Positions 58,096 to 64,000 of a DNA stretch of 64,000 nucleotides are shown one piece after another (position 1 is the stretch's first letter; each line of letters starts with the position of its first letter). The notes below the pieces were generated by a model. It was not told the DNA's origin. It made no database searches and saw only the letters and a program-made list of their open reading frames with translations. Both the position numbers and the translations under genes were made by a program. This DNA comes from SAR324 cluster bacterium JCVI-SC AAA005 (GTDB lineage Bacteria > SAR324 > NAC60-12), in NCBI GenBank assembly GCA_000224765.2, contig AGAU01000068.1:21555-85554 (forward strand), given 5' to 3'.

Positions 58096-59436
58096 ATGTC
58101 TCGTCAATTGGATCCCACCAAACGCAAACTCACTGACGTCCTCTGTAGAAGTTCTAAACCAAGACCAGATGAAAATGGTGGACTCAAAGCCGTCAAACAC
58201 TCCGATGGCTGCGGACTGAACCTAGAGGTCCGTCATGATGGCAAGTTCTGGTTCTACGCTTTCCGTCTTAATGGCAAACAACTGAAACTCAGCTTGGGAA
58301 GCTATCCAACGGTTCGGCTCTCTGATGCCAGAGAGATGCACGAAAAAGCCTGGCTGATGGTTCAGAAGGGAGAAGATCCCCGAGAGGGAACAATCACTCG
58401 ATTGCAGTTGAAGAGGTCAAAGGATCAGGACAAAGCCTTGAAGCTTGAACAGAAGGCTAAAGAGGAAGCGAAGAGTCGTCAGACTTTTCATGTAATTGCC
58501 AATCAGTGGTTGGTCAAAAAAGAACCAACCTGGGCCTACTCAACTTTTCGAAGTAGACGATCTGTCCTACAAAATGATGTGTTTCCTGTTATTGGGAATC
58601 GGCAAATTTACGAACTGAAGAATGCAGATATTTTTGAAGTTCTTGACCGAATTTCTGAGAGAGAGTCACCAGCAATTACGGATCTTTGTCGAAGGGTTTT
58701 GCAGGAAATTTTCAATTACGCTCGTTCCCATGAACTCTGTGAAAATAACCCTGCGGAAGCGATCAAGTACTCACCCGAAGTCAAATCTCATAGGAGTCAG
58801 CACCGGAATTTTCTAGAGTTCCATGAAATGGGTGACTTCCTGCGAATACTCAAAAACTCACAATCTACAGAAGTTATTCAATCCAAACTGGCACTAGAGT
58901 TTCTGATCCTCACAGCTGTCCGATCTGCTAACGCACGTAAAGCGAGATGGGAACATTTCAGAGATCTCGATGGACAGAAACCAACTTGGCTGATTCCGGC
59001 TGAGTTCATGAAAGAGTCTAGAGAGCATCTTGTTCCCCTTAGTCATCAAGCAGTATCGATCCTGAAGCGTATCAAGTCTTACAATTGGAGTGACGAGTGG
59101 TTGTTTCCAGGGAACAGAGGCAATGGACTTGGTGTAGGAGCCTTCAAGAACCCAATGGCTAAGATGGGTTACCCATCCGAGAAAGTACATCCCCATGGAT
59201 TGCGTTCCACCTTTAGTACTTATGCAAATGAGTCCGGTCTGTGGAACCGTGATGCCATTGAATTGGTACTAGCCCATTCTGAGAAAAATGAGGTTCGTGC
59301 TGCTTACAACCGGGCTCAGTATCTGGAGGAGAGGAGACAGATTCTTCAGTGGTGGGCAGATGAATTGGAAGAGGCCGAATCAAGTTACCCCATTGAATCA
59401 AAAATAAAACTGAAGGTAGGTGCTCATGAGCTCTGA
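58096..59436 (+). CDS. Tyrosine recombinase, P4-type integrase with a DUF4102 arm-binding N-terminus
   Basis: N-terminus LTDV...DG.GLNLEVRHDGKFWFYAFRLNGKQLKLSLGSYP. Catalytic HGLRSTFSTY (HxxR) and AHSEKNEVRAAYNRAQY (Tyr). Confidence 0.9.
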   Translation: MSRQLDPTKRKLTDVLCRSSKPRPDENGGLKAVKHSDGCGLNLEVRHDGKFWFYAFRLNGKQLKLSLGSYPTVRLSDAREMHEKAWLMVQKGEDPREGTITRLQLKRSKDQDKALKLEQKAKEEAKSRQTFHVIANQWLVKKEPTWAYSTFRSRRSVLQNDVFPVIGNRQIYELKNADIFEVLDRISERESPAITDLCRRVLQEIFNYARSHELCENNPAEAIKYSPEVKSHRSQHRNFLEFHEMGDFLRILKNSQSTEVIQSKLALEFLILTAVRSANARKARWEHFRDLDGQKPTWLIPAEFMKESREHLVPLSHQAVSILKRIKSYNWSDEWLFPGNRGNGLGVGAFKNPMAKMGYPSEKVHPHGLRSTFSTYANESGLWNRDAIELVLAHSEKNEVRAAYNRAQYLEERRQILQWWADELEEAESSYPIESKIKLKVGAHEL

Positions 59437-59474
59437 AGATCTGCAGCAAGGGAAGAAAAGAGAGCGGGTTTCGC

Positions 59475-60176
59475 TTGATAAATTATCTGGAGATGAAGTG
59501 GTGGAATTTTTTTTTAAATTCTTTTGATCACTGGGTAAGTGATTATGCGATGCATATAAAAGTTGGGATTAATCCGGGAGAATCGGGAAACCTTGAGTTG
59601 GAAAAGTCCAGATTCCATCAGAAAAGTAGAGATTGTAAAGGGATTGTTTTGAGGACATGGCAAAATATTATCAACCTAGCCACCAGCAGTGATAAAAGTT
59701 TTGAGAAAGTCCATGCAAAGTTTGATGAGTTGTGCAGTTTGCACAATTTTCTAGAACCATGTCTAAGAGGAGAATTTGGGGATAGTTACGGTCTCCAGGC
59801 AAAAGCCCATTCTGATGAATTGATTCCAAAGCTTCAGACAAAGACAGAACTGGGAAAAATTAGGAAAGTTTTTAGGGAATTGGTCCACCAAGGCTGGATT
59901 GCAGAGGGCGCAGAAATCTTAGTCGAGAAAAGAATCGCCAACTTCTTAATACGTGACCCGGTCCCTGTAGGGGTGAAGCAATTCAACTGGCTGGAAAGCC
60001 TAAATATCCTTAAAATCCTTACATCAAGATTAGACCTTCCAAAGAGAGATATTGAGAAGCACTTTCTCAATAAAGGATACACATTGAACCCCAGAAGCCT
60101 CCACAGTGGTGGTAACCCTAAAGACGAGATCCATTCAAAAATGGTCAATGAAATATTAAACCGGGCCGGTTTCTAG
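59475..60176 (+). CDS. Hypothetical protein (element cargo). The start is uncertain because of an upstream T9 tract.
   Basis: 233-aa ORF with no recognisable domain. An ATG at 59426 opens a frame that would fuse to this ORF after loss of one T in the run at 59507-59515. Confidence 0.5.
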   Translation: MINYLEMKWWNFFLNSFDHWVSDYAMHIKVGINPGESGNLELEKSRFHQKSRDCKGIVLRTWQNIINLATSSDKSFEKVHAKFDELCSLHNFLEPCLRGEFGDSYGLQAKAHSDELIPKLQTKTELGKIRKVFRELVHQGWIAEGAEILVEKRIANFLIRDPVPVGVKQFNWLESLNILKILTSRLDLPKRDIEKHFLNKGYTLNPRSLHSGGNPKDEIHSKMVNEILNRAGF

Positions 60177-60298
60177 ATTGCGCAAATCAATGCGCTTTTA
60201 AGCGCAATATCTTTCGCAATGCAGATGCTCTGAAAGTCAGTCAAGATTCACATGTCTCAAGAGGCATACTTGAATCCCACTAAATCCAAAGGAGTATT

Positions 60299-60517
60299 AT
60301 GGATAGATTACTGACTCTGAGTGATGTAGAGCATTGCACAGGTTTTCGCAAAAGTTCCCTGTACGCTTTCATTTCCAATAAAAAATTCCCTCCTCCCATC
60401 AAAATCGGTCGTAGCAGTCGCTGGCTCTCTTCCGAAGTCCAGAACTGGATCTACAAACTCGCCAAACAGAACCAACAGATAGAGCGGAGCCAGAAAGCCT
60501 CTGTTGAAGTTTGTTGA
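60299..60517 (+). CDS. alpA: AlpA-family (MerR-like HTH) transcriptional regulator / excisionase
   Basis: LLTLSDVEHCTGFRKSSLYAFISNKKFPPPIKIGRSSRWLSSEVQNWI. Confidence 0.85.
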   Translation: MDRLLTLSDVEHCTGFRKSSLYAFISNKKFPPPIKIGRSSRWLSSEVQNWIYKLAKQNQQIERSQKASVEVC

Positions 60518-60561
60518 CTGACCAATACTTCTAAACACCAATCATAAACTAAGGCTTATTT

Positions 60562-61167
60562 ATGTCTGATAAAGCCCAAGCCGACCTGGTTCCAGCCGAA
60601 TCAGCCCAACAACTAACCGAAGGGCCAGAAGAATTCGATCTCGATGCGATTCGACTTTCCCAAAACTTCGGCGAGTCAAGCGGCATCAAAAAGCTGCTGA
60701 CAACAGTGCCAGTTAGAAAGCCAAACCGTACCCAGTTCTTTAGGACCCATCGAGATCATCGTCTTGATGTAATGCTTTTGAAGTATGGGGAGACCGATGA
60801 TCTCTACATTGTTATGCCCCAACTCCGAGCCAAAGTGGAACACTTAGCCAAGCCGTACCGCTTGGTGCTCACAGTCGATCGAGGTGGAACCGTTTTCATT
60901 TGGCCACTGGCAATTCCAGATGAAGAACGTCCTCTGGATTGGCATTCATCTGCAATGGAAGCAGACGCGTTTGCCAGGGAAAGCTGGGTCCGTATCCAGT
61001 CAAACAGGTCACTTGGCGCTTACGAGATTTGCGAGGCGCAGGGACAACTTTCTGAACCGACCTGGCCGGAAGAAAACTGGCCAGAGTTAGTAAAAGTAGC
61101 ATTCCGAAGAAAAATAATTGATGCCTCAGATCATGTCGTCTTGCGGAAACTCAGGGGAGAGTTGTGA
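60562..61167 (+). CDS. Hypothetical protein coupled to the polymerase gene
   Basis: 201 aa. Its stop overlaps the GTG start of the polymerase frame (GTGA). No domain recognised. Confidence 0.55.
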   Translation: MSDKAQADLVPAESAQQLTEGPEEFDLDAIRLSQNFGESSGIKKLLTTVPVRKPNRTQFFRTHRDHRLDVMLLKYGETDDLYIVMPQLRAKVEHLAKPYRLVLTVDRGGTVFIWPLAIPDEERPLDWHSSAMEADAFARESWVRIQSNRSLGAYEICEAQGQLSEPTWPEENWPELVKVAFRRKIIDASDHVVLRKLRGEL

Positions 61168-62883
61168 TTGCTGAACTCCGCAGACGGTTTGAACAGGCTT
61201 GGTGTGTCGATTTTTAATTTCGGGAAGTTGGCAGCAATCCGCCTGAAGTACATTGTTTGGTCGCCCGAGAGCTTTTCAGTGGGCGGCTGATCCGGAGTTG
61301 GCTCTCTGAATGCCAGTCTGTTCCCTGCTCGATTCCCTTGGCCAAAAGCTCGGTTTATATCGCTTACTTCTCTACAGCAGAATTGAAGTGCCATCTGTCT
61401 CTAAGGTGGCCACTGCCAAAGAATATTGTAGACCTCTTTGTTGAATTCAGGTGCCTAACGAATGGGTTATCACTACCCACAGGAAGAAATCTGTTGGGAG
61501 CCCTCACCCACTTTGGCCTCACTGGGATCTCATACCTGGAAAAGGAAGCAATGCGCGAATTAGCAGTGCGAGGTAGTCCTTTTTCAACTGCTGACTCCAA
61601 AGCTCTAATTGACTACTGCCAAACTGATGTCGATGCCCTAGAAGCGCTGTTGAAGCCAATGTGTGAGCACCTTAGCCTAGGCCAGGCACTGCTACGGGGT
61701 CGGTACATGAAGGCTGTCGCAAGCATGGAGCACTATGGTATCCCAATTGATGCAGAGAAGCTGTCGCAACTGCAGTCCAACTGGGAGCCTCTCAAGGAAA
61801 GGCTTATTCAGCAAGTAGATAGGCACTACGGTGTTTTCGAGGATTTTGTCTTCAAGCGAGAGCGCTTTGCTCACTACTTGGCAAAACAAAAGATACCCTG
61901 GCCAACTGGATCTCAAAGATGAAACTTTCAGGCAACAAGCGCGCGCATATCCCAAGCTGTCGCCCCTGAAGGAATTGCGACGAACACTAGGCCGGCTTAG
62001 GTTGCATCAGTTAGAGCTAGGCTCAGATAACCGATCAAGGGTGAATCTCAGCCCTTTCCGCAGTAAGACAGGACGCAATCAACCGGGTACAAGCCGCTAT
62101 ATTTTTAGAAACGCGAAATGGTTGAGGGGTTTGATTAAGCCCCCAGAGGGCCAAGCCGTTGCCTACATCGACTGGAAACAACAAGAATTTGGGATTGCTG
62201 CAGCTCTCTCTAAAGACCCTGCAATGCTTGCAGCGTATTCTTCAGGGGATCCCTACCTTGAATTTGCGAAGCAGGCAGGTTTAGTTCCCGAAACTGCTAC
62301 GAGGCAATCCCATCCCGGAGAACGAAAGCTCTGCAAGGCAGCAGTGTTGGCGGTTCAGTACGGGATGGGCCCAGAATCCTTGGCCTCTGGGATTAACCAA
62401 CCTACTCAGATGGGCCGTGAGTTACTCGCAAATCATCGACGTACTTTCCCAAATTTCTGGGAGTGGTCTGAGTCGGTTGTAGACTATGCCCTGTTGCACC
62501 GCAAACTTTGGACAGTCTTTGGTTGGGAACAGCATCTTGGTCCCGAGACAAATCCCCGAAGTCTAGCCAACTTTCCAATGCAGGCCAATGGGGCAGAAAT
62601 CCTGAGGCTTGCCTGCTGTTATCTAATTGAATCGGGTATCCGGGTGTGTGCTCCGGTTCACGATGCAGTACTAATTGAAGTACCAATTAAGGAGACAGAG
62701 AAACAGGTCAACAGGGCACAACAGCTAATGGCCAGAGCGAGTCGGAATGTGCTGAGTGGTTTTGAACTGGGGACGGATGTTGAGATTTTTCAGTATCCTG
62801 AAAGTTACAGTGATGGAGAAAGCGGGCAGGCTTTTTGGGAGGTAGTGATGGCTGAATTAGTGGGACTTGGGAACGACTCTTAA
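61164..62883 (+). pseudogene. Family-A DNA polymerase with a 3'-5' exonuclease domain, inactivated by an in-frame TAA and a frameshift
   Basis: VIAELRRRFEQAWCVDF[TAA 61215-61217]FREVGSNPPEVHCLVARELFSGR. Exo III DYCQTDVDAL. Frame switch near 61905-61912 (IPWPT / LDLKDETF). Pol motif A YIDWKQQEFGIAA, motif B RKLCKAAVLAVQYGMG, motif C VHDAVLIEV. Confidence 0.8.
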
Positions 62884-62906
62884 TCGTAAAATTACGAAGC
62901 AAGATC

Positions 62907-62918
62907 CGCAATATTGCG
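62907..62918. promoter_or_regulatory. Perfect 12-bp palindrome CGCAATATTGCG upstream of the wHTH gene
   Basis: Read directly. The same CGCAAT/ATTGCG half-site recurs at 60177-60222. Confidence 0.5.
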
Positions 62919-62982
62919 TCGTTACCTTCTCAAGTTTGCAGTCCCGGTCCAATTCTTTTTCTTTTATTACTAAAGATTAATA

Positions 62983-63348
62983 ATGCCCTACATCAGTAAT
63001 TCAGGTGTTAGAAGCACAAGCCCAACTGCAATTAGACATGATCTACCCCCTACCCAAATCGATTCTCCGCAAGCTCAACGCCACTTCTTCTTGCATAAAA
63101 GTATCTCTCTGAGTTGGGTTGAGAGACTATCCTCCTGTGGGACACTATGCTTTCAGGTTGGGATGGTAATCTGTTACTGGACAGTACTGGAGCGCTCCGC
63201 AGGCGTTAAAGCAACAGCAAAGAAATTTGCACGATTTGGGATATCAAAAGACCAAAAAACAAGGGCGCTTAAGAAGCTGAGAGCACATAGATTGATTGAC
63301 TACGAGAATAGTGTGGGTAGGAACCCAACAGTAACAATCATCCTGTAA
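62983..63348 (+). CDS. Small winged-helix/HTH protein of the element
   Basis: C-terminal FARFGISKDQKTRALKKLRAHRLIDYENSVGRNPTVTI resembles wHTH proteins that accompany replication modules. Confidence 0.5.
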   Translation: MPYISNSGVRSTSPTAIRHDLPPTQIDSPQAQRHFFLHKSISLSWVERLSSCGTLCFQVGMVICYWTVLERSAGVKATAKKFARFGISKDQKTRALKKLRAHRLIDYENSVGRNPTVTIIL

Positions 63349-63635
63349 GAAATTAAATCTTGCCAGAAAGTAAAAGTAAGGCTCCTTCACAATACCCATT
63401 TTTCTAGATCGCTGGCCAGACTCCTTAGGACGTGCATCTCCCCTCTTTACAACAGGGTACGTGTTATCGTGCGGCAGGCCATGATCGACGGTATGCAAAC
63501 TTTTATTGGAAAAGTTCCGATTACTGCCGAGGCTGTGGTGGGCAAGAGTTGGGCGGAGAAGTAAAAAATAACTTAGATGTTTTGTGAACCAAAGTATTTT
63601 TAAAAAATAACTTACATGACTCATTAACTAGCAAA

Positions 63636-64000
63636 CTAATCACATTCAAAACGAGTGAAAGAATGTTCAATTACTTGTTGAGCAAAGCGGGCTGCAGCAA
63701 CTGGGAGTGTTCGGCCCTTAAGCTGGCCAAAGTACAATAAGCCAGGAGGGACATCCTTTGTGGCAATTGGCCTACTGGTAACATCACCGTTTTCTTGGGG
63801 TCTCGGAAGCCCTATTTGGATTTGAAATCCTAAGACATTCTCTGCAGTTGTGTAATATCGAAGAAACTCAAAGCTATCAGATTCAACTAGGGCCTGGAAT
63901 TTCAACCCAATTCGCCTGACGGCAAGCTCGAGAAGATTTCTTACCCCATAATTTTTTGTTGGAATTACAATAGGGTATTCCAAGCATTCTCGCAATCGAA
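63636..64000 (-). CDS. LysR-family transcriptional regulator, C-terminal substrate-binding part. Partial; it continues beyond the window.
   Basis: The pattern of a LysR effector domain C-terminus. The frame is open to the window end. Confidence 0.6.
   Translation of the reverse strand, partial: RLRECLEYPIVIPTKNYGVRNLLELAVRRIGLKFQALVESDSFEFLRYYTTAENVLGFQIQIGLPRPQENGDVTSRPIATKDVPPGLLYFGQLKGRTLPVAAARFAQQVIEHSFTRFECD

Larger units (their letters stand above)
57859..63640. mobile_element. Compact integrative element: P4-type integrase, ORF233, AlpA, ORF201, family-A DNA polymerase (pseudogene) and a wHTH protein. Boundaries are tentative.
   Basis: Gene content. The best imperfect flanking direct repeat found by eye is TTAACTAG-AAAC at 57859-57870 and TTAACTAGCAAAC at 63623-63635. 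No tRNA gene lies at either end. Confidence 0.6.

Noticed and set aside
20787-61217. Stop-codon reassignment or programmed readthrough as an explanation for the in-frame TAA/TAG codons
   Set aside because: TAA, TAG and TGA all terminate conserved genes at their expected lengths in this window (lon and dnaK TAA, rppH TAG, htpG TGA). The affected genes also carry frameshifts, so ordinary pseudogenisation is the simpler explanation.
61831-61922. Programmed +1 frameshift joining the two PolA ORFs
   Set aside because: There is no slippery motif or downstream structure. It co-occurs with a nonsense codon in the catalytic Exo I motif of the same gene.
1-64000. CRISPR arrays, rRNA genes, IS elements or transposases
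   Set aside because: I saw no regularly spaced direct repeats, no rRNA-like conserved stretches and no transposase-like ORFs. The only recombinase is the tyrosine integrase at 58096.

Overview
This is a 64 kb chromosomal window from a Gram-negative bacterium. It carries heptose/LPS-core genes, a DsbD, an AsmA/DUF748 giant protein, an HrcA/CIRCE-regulated dnaK operon and a FliN-like gene. Composition and gene content loosely suggest a Bdellovibrionota/Oligoflexia-like or delta-proteobacterial lineage, but I cannot establish taxonomy from the sequence alone. All calls rest on reading the six-frame translations for family motifs and on reading intergenic DNA by eye; no database search was run.

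Content in order:
- 1-14.4 kb, all on the + strand: a dense proteostasis block of htpG, lon, an ABC1 kinase plus a repeat protein, then hrcA-grpE-dnaK-dnaJ-rraA behind a canonical CIRCE operator.
- 14.5-17.2 kb: a CoA-transferase A/B plus enoyl-CoA hydratase module.
- 17.2-24.2 kb: azlCD, an ABC exporter, a decayed pncA, an FtsX-type permease and a DUF2256 gene.
- 24.3-29.1 kb: apt, hldC, hldD, a HAD hydrolase, a DUF3311-like gene with a Na+/solute symporter, and rppH.
- 29-36.5 kb: an orphan ParA, a REC-(PAS-like)-wHTH regulator, DsbD, a decayed thioredoxin-like lipoprotein gene, an HDAC-family deacetylase, a lipoprotein, an orphan OppF-like ATPase and a FliN-like gene.
- 36.6-40.8 kb: the conserved rseP-dxr-cdsA-uppS block.
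- 40.9-44 kb: GT9/GT4/GT11-like glycosyltransferases.
- 44-52.3 kb: head-to-head MinD-like paralogs (one fully decayed), a 1492-aa DUF748/AsmA-like protein and a membrane M48-TPR protease.
- 52.3-57.7 kb: TraB, an FeS-type (6-4) photolyase, cca and an FmdB zinc ribbon.
- About 57.8-63.6 kb: a compact integrative element made of a P4-type integrase, an unknown ORF, AlpA, a second unknown ORF, a family-A DNA polymerase (inactivated) and a wHTH protein. It abuts a LysR gene at the window edge.

No tRNA, rRNA or CRISPR array was found.

The most notable observations are:
- Four independent decayed genes (pncA, trx-like, minD-like, polA-like), each carrying in-frame TAA/TAG codons at conserved sense positions plus frameshifts.
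- The small PolA-bearing integrase element, which has no flanking tRNA and has its own repeated CGCAAT palindromes.
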